DNA of 64,000 nucleotides from a virus, in IMG/VR virus record IMGVR_UViG_3300042114_000045, positions 32,001 through 96,000 of that record; one strand, written 5' to 3'. The position numbers and the translations under genes were made by a program. Numbering within the stretch: the stretch's first letter is position 1; every line of letters begins with the position of its first letter. Positions 1-10,150 of the stretch are shown in pieces. Below the pieces are notes generated by a model. That model had not been told where the DNA came from. It saw only the letters and a list, made by a program, of their open reading frames with translations, and did not search any database.

Positions 1-159
1 AGTTCTACCTTTTTTGAATAGTTCAAATTGCTCTGCAGGAGTTCTATATCCAAATAGAATAGTAAAATCATAATGCTTTATAGCCTCGTTCATAACTTTC
101 TGTATATCAGGATGACAAGTACGTAGTCTGTCTAAACTAACTTTACCAAAACTAGGCAT
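1..159 (-). CDS. Endolysin, peptidase M15 (L-Ala-D-Glu peptidase-like), 5' part only
   Basis: Manual translation from ATG at 159: MPSFGKVSLDRLRTCHPDIQKVMNEAIKHYDFTILFGYRTPAEQFELFKKGR..., the typical N-terminus of T5-Lys-like M15 endolysins; runs off the window edge. Confidence 0.8.
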   Translation of the reverse strand, partial: MPSFGKVSLDRLRTCHPDIQKVMNEAIKHYDFTILFGYRTPAEQFELFKKGRT

Positions 160-394
160 GTGTAAGTCCTTGTATAATATTAGAAACTACTTCTTTACCT
201 ACTTTACTACCATCAATATCTTCACCGAATCTATTACCATTACTTTCAGCAACATCTTTTAGTAAAGCAATAGCTAATTCATTATCAATTGATACCCCAC
301 TAGTTTCAACTAATTTTCTCGTACCTTTTTTCAGTAACGCTTTAAACGTTTCGCTACTCATCACCATAAATAATATATTTACCAGTATACCCAT
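152..394 (-). CDS. Small lysis-cassette protein (putative holin or lysis accessory)
   Basis: AAGGA RBS precedes ATG at 394 (MGILVNILFMVMSS...); hydrophobic N-terminus; overlaps the endolysin start. Confidence 0.45.
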   Translation of the reverse strand: MGILVNILFMVMSSETFKALLKKGTRKLVETSGVSIDNELAIALLKDVAESNGNRFGEDIDGSKVGKEVVSNIIQGLTHA

Positions 395-404
395 TTTATA
401 TCCT

Positions 405-530
405 TTAACACGCATCTCTATACGTTAACAGAACAGTACGTAGATCATCTACTAACTTTATTGCATCTTCCCATCTATTAGCTACTATAGCTACGTAAAG
501 GTCTTTGCATAAGTCCATACATTTATACAT
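405..530 (-). CDS. Small hypothetical protein (41 aa, not in ORF track)
   Basis: Manual translation MYKCMDLCKDLYVAIVANRWEDAIKLVDDLRTVLLTYRDAC; fills the gap between neighbours and has an AGGA RBS. Confidence 0.45.
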   Translation of the reverse strand: MYKCMDLCKDLYVAIVANRWEDAIKLVDDLRTVLLTYRDAC

Positions 531-531
531 T

Positions 532-798
532 CTATCCTACTAATTGTTGTAACGCTAACCCAATAGCACTCATTATAACACCAGTTATAATACCACTTAT
601 TGCCCCACTAAACTTAGCACTATTCTCTGCAGTATGTGTAAGTTCTGACTTCAAAGTTGTAACATCAATAGTCATTGAAGCTAATTTTGTATCAAACTTT
701 TGAACATCTTTCTCAACTTGGTCAAGTCTATACAAAATTAATCTACTATCACCATTGTCATGACTACTTCTTCTATCTGGACCTACGAATTCACTCAT
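532..798 (-). CDS. Holin/XhlA-like protein (coiled coil plus C-terminal TM helix)
   Basis: Coiled-coil RLDQVEKDVQKFDTKL followed by hydrophobic C-terminus GAISGIITGVIMSAIGLAL; lysis-cassette position. Confidence 0.5.
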   Translation of the reverse strand: MSEFVGPDRRSSHDNGDSRLILYRLDQVEKDVQKFDTKLASMTIDVTTLKSELTHTAENSAKFSGAISGIITGVIMSAIGLALQQLVG

Positions 799-800
799 GA

Positions 801-1469
801 TTACTCCTCTTTACCACTAAATTTGAATTTATTAAATATACCTGCTGTTATCATTGGACACTTAGCTCCAATACATTCATTAGCTATATATGCATTAATG
901 TACTCAGTAAGGTCTCTACCACTACCAACTACTCCAATTAACTCACCCTCAAAAAACACAGGAGCTTTAAATACTTCAAGGTGCATCATTTCACCTTTAA
1001 CTTTTCCTTCTTCTAAAAATCTACCATCATCTTTTGTAAATGAGCCATCTTTAGTTTTATTAATAACTACTACGTCGCTATTATCACAAACTTCACCGAA
1101 TGTATGATTATCAGCACCAAATCTTTCTTTAGCAGCCAACGCCATTGTAACATCATTTTTACCAATAGGATCTCTATCAAATAGCAACCCATCTCTTATA
1201 GCTTTATTTGCATATAGATAATTACCTTCTAAGTCTTTCATCCATAACATATCAGGGAGAACTTCCATCATTGCTTCCATTATAGCTTCTTGTCTCTGAA
1301 CTTTGGATTCCCAAAAAGCTCTCTCCTGCTTCAACTCTTCCTTTATTGCTTTAGCAATACCGTGCAACTCTTCCATACTATTTATTAGCCTATCTAACGA
1401 GGGAGTTTCCGTACTAGCTACGCATTTACCCTTTAACCAATTATATGCATTATCTACTATTCCACTCAT
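801..1469 (-). CDS. Stand-alone PAS-domain protein
   Basis: LPDMLWMKDLEGNYLYANKA...IGKND...HLEVFKAPVFFEGELIGVVGSGRDLT is a PAS_4/PAC signature; N-terminal coiled coil; no output domain. Confidence 0.85.
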   Translation of the reverse strand: MSGIVDNAYNWLKGKCVASTETPSLDRLINSMEELHGIAKAIKEELKQERAFWESKVQRQEAIMEAMMEVLPDMLWMKDLEGNYLYANKAIRDGLLFDRDPIGKNDVTMALAAKERFGADNHTFGEVCDNSDVVVINKTKDGSFTKDDGRFLEEGKVKGEMMHLEVFKAPVFFEGELIGVVGSGRDLTEYINAYIANECIGAKCPMITAGIFNKFKFSGKEE

Positions 1470-1537
1470 TTGTGTCTCCGTTTTCTTTATAACTAAATTA
1501 TTACATAATGTAGCTTTAGTACGCCTTACACGGCGTA

Positions 1538-2968
1538 CTAACTATCTATAAGTGCACAACGAACAAACGCTGGACTTGAATGTAGTATAATATAGTAAAA
1601 GTCGATACCGTCCGGACTCGTTAGAATACAACTCTTGTCCCCAACTACTGCTGTACTATTAGGGTATAACCATTGGTACAATTTAGGTACTAAAGTGTTT
1701 CTATATGGTACACCTTCATAAATTCTCATAGTATTATCTTTTTGTATAAATAAACTTCCTTGTTTACCATTAAATCCTCTAGCAGCAACCGTAGTACCAG
1801 TAGTAAATGTTTCAGTGCTAGGATAATAAGTCTCAGTAGCCCAAGTATTCGCTACTAGATCATATATATAGACACTAGATGTTGCCCCACCTCTTAAACA
1901 CCAAAGCTTATCTGGACTATATGCAGGTAACCATTTTAAAGCTCCACCTAGGCCAACACCACCAGGTGCAGCTGCTATAGCAGGATTTCCACTATTAGCA
2001 CTAGTTGTTGCCCAAGCGTTAGCACCTATGTTATACCTATAAACAACAGTAGCATTACTACCAACCAAGTACATATTTCCATAGTACCCAGCAGTAGCAG
2101 CACTTGGAATACCAACTCTTAATGGAGCTACTGTTAATGATGTAGCAGAAGCAGCAGCCGCAGCCGTTAAAACTGCATACTTATCTACTTCAATTATTGA
2201 GTTAGCTGGTATACCTTTCTGTAGTGGATATATAGTCAATGTAGTTGCACTAGCAGCACTATCAGCACTTAAACAGAGTTCACAACCGTTATAGCACTGT
2301 AATATCGTACCAGCCTTCATAGCTTCAGTAGCACCAGTAACGGTTAAACTTGTAGTACCTCTAGCTGCAGCAGCAGTTATAGTAATATCATATTTACCAA
2401 ATCTTAATATTGTACCAGACACTAATGCTTCAGGCAGTGCAGTAACCGATACAGTTGTAGCTCCAGCAGCAGCCAAAGCACTTGTAGTTATAGTTCTTGT
2501 AACACCAGAATGATATGCAGTTTCATAATTATTTCTAGGTACACTAGGGTACATTAGATAACAATCAGTTGCAAATGTAGCTGGAATACCAGTTGTACCT
2601 AAGTTAGCAGCCCAAGTATTAGTAGCAACATTATATTTATAAAAATAACATATTGTAGCATTACCTACGAATAAATAAATAGAACCAAATACTTGTCCGC
2701 TAAATTGTCCACCAACTACTTTTGTATACATCATATTAGCAACTGTTCCTGTTTGTGTAGGAGGTGTTGCTAATTGTTGCCAGCAATCAAACCAAGTACA
2801 GTATCTCCAAAACTGTGCAGCAGTTGCAGAAGTTTGTATGTAGTAATATATGTATCTTTTATCATCATCTACGAAGTTTGATCCGGCTATACCGGTAGCA
2901 GGTGCAAAACTAAGTTGCTCCCACATCGGTCTATCGATCATCGGTCTATTATTATTAGTTATCGCCAT
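1538..2968 (-). CDS. Virion/tail-associated beta-rich protein (Kelch-like YxYNxxxNxW repeats)
   Basis: Repeats FYKYNVATNTW, VYRYNIGANAW, VYIYDLVANTW; Ala/Thr-rich insertion; lies in the structural module. Confidence 0.55.
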   Translation of the reverse strand: MAITNNNRPMIDRPMWEQLSFAPATGIAGSNFVDDDKRYIYYYIQTSATAAQFWRYCTWFDCWQQLATPPTQTGTVANMMYTKVVGGQFSGQVFGSIYLFVGNATICYFYKYNVATNTWAANLGTTGIPATFATDCYLMYPSVPRNNYETAYHSGVTRTITTSALAAAGATTVSVTALPEALVSGTILRFGKYDITITAAAARGTTSLTVTGATEAMKAGTILQCYNGCELCLSADSAASATTLTIYPLQKGIPANSIIEVDKYAVLTAAAAASATSLTVAPLRVGIPSAATAGYYGNMYLVGSNATVVYRYNIGANAWATTSANSGNPAIAAAPGGVGLGGALKWLPAYSPDKLWCLRGGATSSVYIYDLVANTWATETYYPSTETFTTGTTVAARGFNGKQGSLFIQKDNTMRIYEGVPYRNTLVPKLYQWLYPNSTAVVGDKSCILTSPDGIDFYYIILHSSPAFVRCALIDS

Positions 2969-3113
2969 AAACTATCCTTTTTATCATTTCATCCGTTACA
3001 TTAAACTCTTTATCTGCTAAATTTGTAATACCAAACTTAACCTCAACTATTCTATCCGCAGGTATAACCGCTTCTAATTCTTCATTACTTGTTTCTTTTA
3101 GTTCCGCAATCAT
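2955..3113 (-). CDS. Small hypothetical protein (52 aa, not in ORF track)
   Basis: MIAELKETSNEELEAVIPADRIVEVKFG...; start overlaps the upstream stop (ATGA). Confidence 0.45.
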   Translation of the reverse strand: MIAELKETSNEELEAVIPADRIVEVKFGITNLADKEFNVTDEMIKRIVYGDN

Positions 3114-3367
3114 ACAAAATTCCTTCTTACTGAGCTATAATACATATTAGCAGAATTACTAATAGCAGCACTAGCTTTACCTTGATCACCAAAACCAATA
3201 TTACCTGTACCAACAGTAGTTACAGTAGTTAACGACCCTGAAACACTCGTTGCTCCACTTATTCTTAAAGCAGATGTAGTGTCAAAACTAAATCTACCAA
3301 ATTTATTAATTAAGTTCTTTATACTATAGTCATTAGCTAAATCACCAAACATATTTGTTATAGTCAT
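3110..3367 (-). CDS. Hypothetical structural-module protein
   Basis: ORF with AAGGA RBS, tightly packed in the tail operon. Confidence 0.55.
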   Translation of the reverse strand: MTITNMFGDLANDYSIKNLINKFGRFSFDTTSALRISGATSVSGSLTTVTTVGTGNIGFGDQGKASAAISNSANMYYSSVRRNFV

Positions 3368-3370
3368 ATT

Positions 3371-4693
3371 TTATCCTTCTACCAAATTAAATGTAATTGT
3401 ACCATCAGTTCCCTTACATATCCATAAAGCCGAAGCTCCAACATCTATAGTAGGCGTAGCTTCTTGTATAAATACATTTTGTTCAGGTACGCTTATTACT
3501 ATATCTCCGCTACCTAGTAAACTATTACCATTAATTGTTTTAATATTCGTACCACTTACTAAAGTAGTTTGTTTTCCATCCCAACTACTTTTTTCTATAT
3601 CTGTTACAAACCTGTTATTAGAGTCTTGTGTTATAATACTAGCAGGATGGCTAACTGGGTGTGTGTATATAGTATCTGCGGCCCATTTCGTGTCACACTC
3701 AGATATTATAGCTATCACATCACCAGTTAGATCAATACCGTTACCGGCAGTATATGTAGTTCCTCCACCGCTAGGCGTAGCCCAACAAGCCTTACCTGCT
3801 GCATCTGACGTAAGGACTTTACCAACTCCCTGAGTTCCATCTACTATACAAACAGAACCTAAACAGTCAACAGAAAACTTTATGTTATAGTCATCAGTAG
3901 TTGTACCGTGTGCATTACTACCGTAACCTACAGCAAATATCTTACTAGAAGAACTTCCAATTTGTGTACACTGCCCTAGAACTAATGAACTAGCAGTGTA
4001 AGCACGAGTATTACAGCCAATAGTTGTAGAGTAATTACCAGCAGCACGAGTGTTATAACCCATAGCTATAGAGGTATCGCCAGCAGCACAAGTATTATAA
4101 CCCACCGCTAAAGAGTTACTACCAATAGCACAAGCATAATAACCAATTGCTGTAGAACTATGCCCAGCAGCATAGGTACTATGACCCATAGCCGTAGACC
4201 TACGACCTTCAGCAATAGTACTCTGACCCATAGCCATAGAGTAACATCCAGTAGCGCAAGTACTATAGCCCATAGCTATAGAGGTACATCCAGTAGCACC
4301 TGTAGTAGTTGAGACGCTAGGTGAATAACTCAAATCAATAGCGTTACATCCTATGTCACCATAGTTACCAGGATTCGCAGCACGATAACATGTTCCGTAT
4401 CCTGTCTTAGTATTTTCTGTTATTACACATATAGCGTTAGAACCAACAGTATCGGTAGACCACTTAGTATCACAAGCTGCAGTAACAGCAACTACATCAC
4501 CTGTTAAATCAATTGCATTTCCTGCTGTATATGTAGTTCCTCCTCCACCAGCAATGACTAAGTCTCCACTTCCAAGCAGACTAGTTCCATTAACAGTCTT
4601 AATATCAGTACCACTAACTAGTACATCCTGTTTACCTTTTAACTCAGTACCGACAGCTGTAGCCAGTGCAGATATACAACTATCCATACTCAT
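3371..4693 (-). CDS. Tail fibre with YadA-head-like (Hep_Hag) repeats, Cys-rich centre
   Basis: 14-residue repeats (SIAMGYSTCATGCY, STAIGYYACAIGSN...); duplicated LVSGTxIKTxNGxSLLGSGD motif. Confidence 0.8.
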   Translation of the reverse strand: MSMDSCISALATAVGTELKGKQDVLVSGTDIKTVNGTSLLGSGDLVIAGGGGTTYTAGNAIDLTGDVVAVTAACDTKWSTDTVGSNAICVITENTKTGYGTCYRAANPGNYGDIGCNAIDLSYSPSVSTTTGATGCTSIAMGYSTCATGCYSMAMGQSTIAEGRRSTAMGHSTYAAGHSSTAIGYYACAIGSNSLAVGYNTCAAGDTSIAMGYNTRAAGNYSTTIGCNTRAYTASSLVLGQCTQIGSSSSKIFAVGYGSNAHGTTTDDYNIKFSVDCLGSVCIVDGTQGVGKVLTSDAAGKACWATPSGGGTTYTAGNGIDLTGDVIAIISECDTKWAADTIYTHPVSHPASIITQDSNNRFVTDIEKSSWDGKQTTLVSGTNIKTINGNSLLGSGDIVISVPEQNVFIQEATPTIDVGASALWICKGTDGTITFNLVEG

Positions 4694-4702
4694 CTATAAT
4701 CC

Positions 4703-5857
4703 TTACACTAAAGCAGCGTTAAATACAGCTACATAATCAGTATTTGTAGCACCTATATCAGAAGAAGCCTGTGCACCAGTAATATCAGCAACAGCTAATG
4801 TAACAGCGCCAGTTCTACCTGCAACCGTAGTTACAGGAGCATTTGCCCAGCTTAAAGACCCAGCAGTTGCACCCGCCATTAAGAACTTACCATTATTAGT
4901 AGTACTTGTAGCTGGTACGTGTAAACTACCATCAGTAGATGGGTGTGTATAAACTGTATCTGTCCAAGGAATATTCACTACACCTTGCCCAGAAGCATTA
5001 GTTTGCAACCCATAAGTTCTACTAGCCGTAGTGGTAACTGCACTAGCAGCAACAGTCTGTACAGTATCACTATTAATCTTGATACCACCTAATATAGTAG
5101 TAGTACCAGCTGGTAGTGTATAAGCCGTAGCACCAGAAGCAATACCATCTAACTTAGTTTTATCTGTAGCACTCATAAATCCTGCAACACTAGTAGTAGC
5201 AGCACCATGCGCAGCACCAGTATCACCAACGTGTGTACTAGGAGCAGCATCAGTAATACCATAACCACTTAGTGTAGTTGGATTTGTACCTGCTGTTACT
5301 CTACCTTTTGCATCAACAGTAACGCTTTTATAAGTAGAAGCAGTTACACCACTATTAGCCAACGTAGCTGCACCAGTAACATTCCCAGAACCATCAAATG
5401 ATCCAGATGTATACGTTACATCACCAGTAATCGCAATAGTTCTACCAGTAGCTAACTTCGTAGCTGTTAATACATTCTTATCTGCATCGGCAGTGTTATC
5501 AACATTTCCTAAACCTACGTCACCTTTGACGAGAGTAACTACCCCAGTTTTACCTGCAACGCTATCAACAGCACCAGAAGCAATTTGTGTATAAACACTT
5601 CCACTCCATCTATAAGTTCTATTAGTATCTAACGTAACATATAATATACCTGCAACACCTGTACCAGGCAACGCTGCAAGATTAGCATATTCTACTACAT
5701 CATCTACGAAACTTGGTAATTGTGCACTCGGTATTTTACCACCACCATCTAGAGTTGCAACTCCATTTGCAGCACCTTTTTCACTACTCGAAATCTTACC
5801 TTTAACTGCTGTACCTATCGAGGTAAAAACACTTTGTAATCCACTATCTAAACTCAT
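4703..5857 (-). CDS. Tail fibre protein
   Basis: KGAANGVATLD..GKIP..QLPS, SVAGKTGVVTL, ATKLATGRTIA, VTVDAKGRVTAG, GFMSATDKTKLDGI motifs typical of phage fibres. Confidence 0.85.
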   Translation of the reverse strand: MSLDSGLQSVFTSIGTAVKGKISSSEKGAANGVATLDGGGKIPSAQLPSFVDDVVEYANLAALPGTGVAGILYVTLDTNRTYRWSGSVYTQIASGAVDSVAGKTGVVTLVKGDVGLGNVDNTADADKNVLTATKLATGRTIAITGDVTYTSGSFDGSGNVTGAATLANSGVTASTYKSVTVDAKGRVTAGTNPTTLSGYGITDAAPSTHVGDTGAAHGAATTSVAGFMSATDKTKLDGIASGATAYTLPAGTTTILGGIKINSDTVQTVAASAVTTTASRTYGLQTNASGQGVVNIPWTDTVYTHPSTDGSLHVPATSTTNNGKFLMAGATAGSLSWANAPVTTVAGRTGAVTLAVADITGAQASSDIGATNTDYVAVFNAALV

Positions 5858-5867
5858 ATTATATCCT

Positions 5868-6179
5868 TTAATTTAATAACGCATTTAGAAATACGTTTGT
5901 ATAATTTACTTGCCCAACTACATTATCATATACTTGCGCCAACTCAGCTACATCATCAGCTGTTAAATCTTCATAAGTTAAAGGATCACCTTTAACTCCT
6001 TGTGTACCAGGAGGCCCCTGTAAACCAGTCTCTATCACAACCGTAGGTGTAACAGCTTCTTCTGAAACTACTACATTAACTACGTCTCCACTAGTAATAT
6101 CGACAGAATTGGCATCGGCAAGATTAGTTACCTCAACAGTACTGTAGGTATTATAGTTAACTGTTATATCATTAGCCAT
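5868..6179 (-). CDS. Structural protein with short collagen-like stretch
   Basis: GLQGPPGTQGVKGD; C-terminal motif shared with the upstream fibre. Confidence 0.55.
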   Translation of the reverse strand: MANDITVNYNTYSTVEVTNLADANSVDITSGDVVNVVVSEEAVTPTVVIETGLQGPPGTQGVKGDPLTYEDLTADDVAELAQVYDNVVGQVNYTNVFLNALLN

Positions 6180-6180
6180 A

Positions 6181-6522
6181 TTATATCAACTTACCTTTTA
6201 CTAGTAGTTTAATTGCTTTAGAAGTCTGTTCAATACCAGATGCTGTTGTGTATTTAAAGTCTACAAAATATGAATCATCCACTAGAACTTCTGTGTCTTT
6301 AACCATTATACTAAATGTACCATTAACTAAACCATCAGTTGTTACACTTCTATTGATAGTTGGGGCGTTTGAGTTAATTTCGATAACAGCAGTATCATCA
6401 GAATTAAGTATGCTGACAGTAATAGTAAATGTGCTTAAATCAACAGGCGTAGAAGTGCCTGCTTGTTTGTAATTACATGTGAGTTGTAACGTGTCTCCAC
6501 GCTTTATAGCTATAGTATCCAT
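6181..6522 (-). CDS. BppU-like/baseplate Ig-type small tail protein
   Basis: IKRGDT...PVDLS N-terminal motif common to fibre-anchoring proteins. Confidence 0.55.
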   Translation of the reverse strand: MDTIAIKRGDTLQLTCNYKQAGTSTPVDLSTFTITVSILNSDDTAVIEINSNAPTINRSVTTDGLVNGTFSIMVKDTEVLVDDSYFVDFKYTTASGIEQTSKAIKLLVKGKLI

Positions 6523-6579
6523 TATAATCCTTATTGTTTATTACAACTATATTATACAGATACTTAACTTATGTTATCC

Positions 6580-7440
6580 TTACACAGGCTCAGTTTCAAG
6601 GAAACCTTTTAAATCATTAATAGCTTTATCTGCTAGTTCTTTATTGACGTGAACTCCATTAGGCATAGATGTATTATAGTTAAATCTTCCATCATACTTC
6701 CAACCAAACTGCTCAGGAGTATTCATATCCCAAAAAACTATACCAGGTTTATTGATAGAAGCCATGTAATGTTGCATCATACTATCAATACCTACGAAGA
6801 AGTCAGCTTTACTAAACACGTACATCCATTGAATAACATTTAACTGTAGTTGTATAGCACCTTTTAGCTTTGGTTCATTTGGTAACCCGAATTGTACCAT
6901 TTTGTAATCAGAAAATTCCTTAGTTAAACCTTCGAATAGTGGATCTATCATACCCATATTTCTACCAGTTCTCATATGGTTTCTTTCATAAGCAGGTAAG
7001 TTATTTACATCTTTAATATCATAAGGACTTTGTCCACCACTAATTTGCATAACGTAGAACTTACCATCACCAAGTTGCTTGTCAATTGCAGCTTTCTCAT
7101 CTTCTGTAATTTTTGCATAGAGTACAGGTATTCTAGTTTCTAAATCTTTTTTTGGTAGTCCTAGCATATTAGCCCAAGCATCTACTACGTGAACATCACC
7201 TTTCCACATATTACCGATATATGGATCCCATGCATAAACATCATCAAAGTAACTATAGAACTTTCTCATATCTTTACCTTCAGCTGAATGATACACCATA
7301 CTAACACCTGGACAACCCATAAATATTTCTGGGTACGCAGATTCAATACATATGTTACCATCTCTTTCAACAAGCTCTTTAATTAAACCTGTAAACGCTA
7401 TATTCTTTCCTATTCCACCATCAATTTTATATAAATTCAT
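6580..7440 (-). CDS. Glycosyltransferase, GT9 (heptosyltransferase)-like
   Basis: N-terminal DGGIGKNIAFT and C-terminal ADFFVGIDS..QH...KPGIVFW..PEQFGW GT-B motifs; own promoter-like element upstream. Confidence 0.7.
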   Translation of the reverse strand: MNLYKIDGGIGKNIAFTGLIKELVERDGNICIESAYPEIFMGCPGVSMVYHSAEGKDMRKFYSYFDDVYAWDPYIGNMWKGDVHVVDAWANMLGLPKKDLETRIPVLYAKITEDEKAAIDKQLGDGKFYVMQISGGQSPYDIKDVNNLPAYERNHMRTGRNMGMIDPLFEGLTKEFSDYKMVQFGLPNEPKLKGAIQLQLNVIQWMYVFSKADFFVGIDSMMQHYMASINKPGIVFWDMNTPEQFGWKYDGRFNYNTSMPNGVHVNKELADKAINDLKGFLETEPV

Positions 7441-7555
7441 GTATATCCTTTTATTTATTTATAAAGGAAGTATAACATAACCTTTGTTAAAAGTTTCTTA
7501 GGAAAAGTAATACTTGTACTAATTAATCTTACCAATAGTTCATACCAATACTTTA

Positions 7556-7807
7556 CTATTGGTCTTTAGTTCCGTTGTACTTCTCAGTAGCAACAGCATA
7601 TAAACTCTCATAAGGGCTAACACCATCTACAAAAGGAGCTTCTACACCGAATCCTTCTAACTGATACTTAGTACCATCTTTAGTTACGTTATACACTTCA
7701 AAGTGACCTCTCCAACCATCTTTAGCACTACCGTGAATATGCTCTATTTTAGCATACGCTTTCTTTACACTCATTCCCTTAAATTCATAGTCTATTCTTA
7801 TTGCCAT
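7556..7807 (-). CDS. Small tail-fibre-associated protein
   Basis: ORF with RBS directly downstream of a fibre gene; G..VKKAYAKI pattern of fibre-adjacent proteins. Confidence 0.45.
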   Translation of the reverse strand: MAIRIDYEFKGMSVKKAYAKIEHIHGSAKDGWRGHFEVYNVTKDGTKYQLEGFGVEAPFVDGVSPYESLYAVATEKYNGTKDQ

Positions 7808-7864
7808 GTTATATCCTTTTATTTTAATTTGTTATAAATACCAAGTACCTACTTAGCAATAGCT

Positions 7865-9769
7865 TTAAGTAGCGTATCCTTGTATCTCAACCGTCTCAAC
7901 TCGTACTTCCCAGTAGATAACTTCTGTACCACCACTAGCACACTCAACTTTCAAACCTCCAAGAGTTGTATCTGCACTTATAGCTAAACTACAAGGCAAA
8001 GTACCACCTAGTACAGTAACAGTGTTACCAACTATAGTAGTGGATGCAACATCAGCTCCTATAACCAAAATACCTTTAACCTCAAAAGCTTTAACATTAG
8101 CTTCGGTAGTATCTGATCCAGCCTGTTTAGCTAACACGGTTAGTCTATACGTCGCAGCAGAGCTGAAAACAGCTAAGGAAAATATATTTTTACTACCAAC
8201 GTTAATATTAGGACTTCCAGCATCAGCAGTAGCCACTACTGCAGTCGTACTGGTACTTCTAGCTCTTAACAACACAGTCGTAGTTTGCATAGGGGTAACA
8301 CAACTATTATGGTAGTTACCACTAGAATGAGATATACTTCCTATAGTACTAGCAGCAGTACTCCTACCAATAGCTGTAGAAGCATAACCGCTAGCGATAG
8401 TATTGATACCCATAGCCGTAGAATTACATCCAGTAGCACAAGTATTATAACCAATAGCTGTAGAGTAATTTCCAATAGCTGTAACGCATGTACCTAACGC
8501 AATTGAACCTTCAGCACAAGCGCAACTAACGTAACCTATAGCAATAGCACCAGCACCATTAGAGATAGTACCACCACCTCCAATAGCCAAACCATACATA
8601 CATGATACTGCGTTGGTACCGATTGCTATTGAGTAATCGCCTGCCGTAATGGATGAACCGAGTGCTATACTAGAAACCCCAGCTATTGTGGTGTTACCCA
8701 TAGCTATACCAAAATCACCAGTTCTAGTATGCGCCCCTGCTGTAAAAGAGTAACAACCTACAGCACCATAGTAACACGTTGCTGTAGAACTAAAACTTAA
8801 ATCTACTGACGAGGTACCAATAGTACCGTAGTTATTAGGATTAACTGCTCTATAGTAAGTACCATATCCTGAATTAATTACGCATAAGCCTGGAGTTCCA
8901 CCACTTGTAGGTATAGCCCAGCTAGCTAACCCATTAGTATCTGATACCAGTACCTTACCTGCTCCTTGAGTTCCGTCTATTATCTTAATCTGTTTAGTAC
9001 AAGTCATACCATTACAGTCTATGGAAAAATGAACATTATAGTCATCTGTTATATTATACTTACTATCAGTACCATATCCAACTGCAAATATCTTATTAGA
9101 TGTACATCCAATTTGTGTACCGCTACCAAACGCCGAGCTCTTACATCCCCTATTAATAACATCATATCCTGTACTAAACGACATATCACCAACAGAACAT
9201 GAGTTATACCCAATAGCTATAGAGCTAAACCCTATAGCCTTTGTACCACTACCAAAAGCAGAAGAATAATTACCAACTGCTGAAGTATAAGCACCAGTAG
9301 CAAACGATGCAATACCAGAACCGTAGTTTTGAATACCAATTGCTGTTGCGAAACATCCTGTCACTTGGTGTTGACACCCAATAGCAGTAGAATAGCAGTT
9401 ATTAACAAAATTGCAGAAACCTATGGCAGTAGAGTACGCACAAAGTGATCTATTGCACAAACCAAATGCTATGGAATAGTCGCCACTTGAAATTGAACAA
9501 ATACCGAAATTTACAGAACCTTTACCTGGAGTTGGGTATGAATTGTTATTTGTATCTAGTGTATGTATACTACTGCTATTTAATATAAAGGCGCTATCAG
9601 TATGTAAGTTACCTAGTACAATAGTTTTACTAGATTTTCCTGCTGAAGGCAGTAAATCCACAGTATTACAAGAAATTTGTTTACCAGATACTTCGTATAA
9701 ACAACTAGTTGTAGCTGCACTATACAATGAGTCATACCTACCAAAACTTTCCTCAATACCGTAATTCAT
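7865..9769 (-). CDS. Tail fibre with two blocks of YadA-head-like repeats, Cys-rich
   Basis: Repeats such as YSTAIGFCNFVNNC, SIALGTCVTAIGNY; shares modules with 3371..4693. Confidence 0.8.
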   Translation of the reverse strand: MNYGIEESFGRYDSLYSAATTSCLYEVSGKQISCNTVDLLPSAGKSSKTIVLGNLHTDSAFILNSSSIHTLDTNNNSYPTPGKGSVNFGICSISSGDYSIAFGLCNRSLCAYSTAIGFCNFVNNCYSTAIGCQHQVTGCFATAIGIQNYGSGIASFATGAYTSAVGNYSSAFGSGTKAIGFSSIAIGYNSCSVGDMSFSTGYDVINRGCKSSAFGSGTQIGCTSNKIFAVGYGTDSKYNITDDYNVHFSIDCNGMTCTKQIKIIDGTQGAGKVLVSDTNGLASWAIPTSGGTPGLCVINSGYGTYYRAVNPNNYGTIGTSSVDLSFSSTATCYYGAVGCYSFTAGAHTRTGDFGIAMGNTTIAGVSSIALGSSITAGDYSIAIGTNAVSCMYGLAIGGGGTISNGAGAIAIGYVSCACAEGSIALGTCVTAIGNYSTAIGYNTCATGCNSTAMGINTIASGYASTAIGRSTAASTIGSISHSSGNYHNSCVTPMQTTTVLLRARSTSTTAVVATADAGSPNINVGSKNIFSLAVFSSAATYRLTVLAKQAGSDTTEANVKAFEVKGILVIGADVASTTIVGNTVTVLGGTLPCSLAISADTTLGGLKVECASGGTEVIYWEVRVETVEIQGYAT

Positions 9770-10149
9770 AGGTCACCACCTCTGGTAACGATACAATTGA
9801 TAGTCTGTGTAGTAGTAATTCCTACTTTAATCTTCCATCCAGATTTTAGAATTATACCTAAATTAGTAAACTGCTGTTTCCATGCTACGGCAGTTGTACT
9901 AGCAGTAATAGCAGTAGTTGCCATTTCTAGTATAAGTCTCGTGTAAGTACCATCATATATGAAAAGTGTTATCACACCAGCCACTGAGTTACCTGTAGCA
10001 CTAAACATTATGTCATCTACCCTAGTTCCATTTGCACCTGCAGTTATTAAGTCTACCAAAGTTCCTGTACCGTCTCTAGCCGTATTAGCCGTAGTTACTT
10101 GACACATTGCTGTACAAGGTGTTGCTGCGTATTGTGGTGCTGCTGCCAT
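9766..10149 (-). CDS. Virion structural protein
   Basis: ANTARDGTGT...TAGANGTRVD motif seen in phage tail proteins; operon context. Confidence 0.6.
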   Translation of the reverse strand: MAAAPQYAATPCTAMCQVTTANTARDGTGTLVDLITAGANGTRVDDIMFSATGNSVAGVITLFIYDGTYTRLILEMATTAITASTTAVAWKQQFTNLGIILKSGWKIKVGITTTQTINCIVTRGGDL

Positions 10150-10150
10150 A

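Noticed and set aside
3371-9769. Diversity-generating retroelement acting on fibres
   Set aside because: No reverse transcriptase in the window and no adenine-specific TR/VR pair seen
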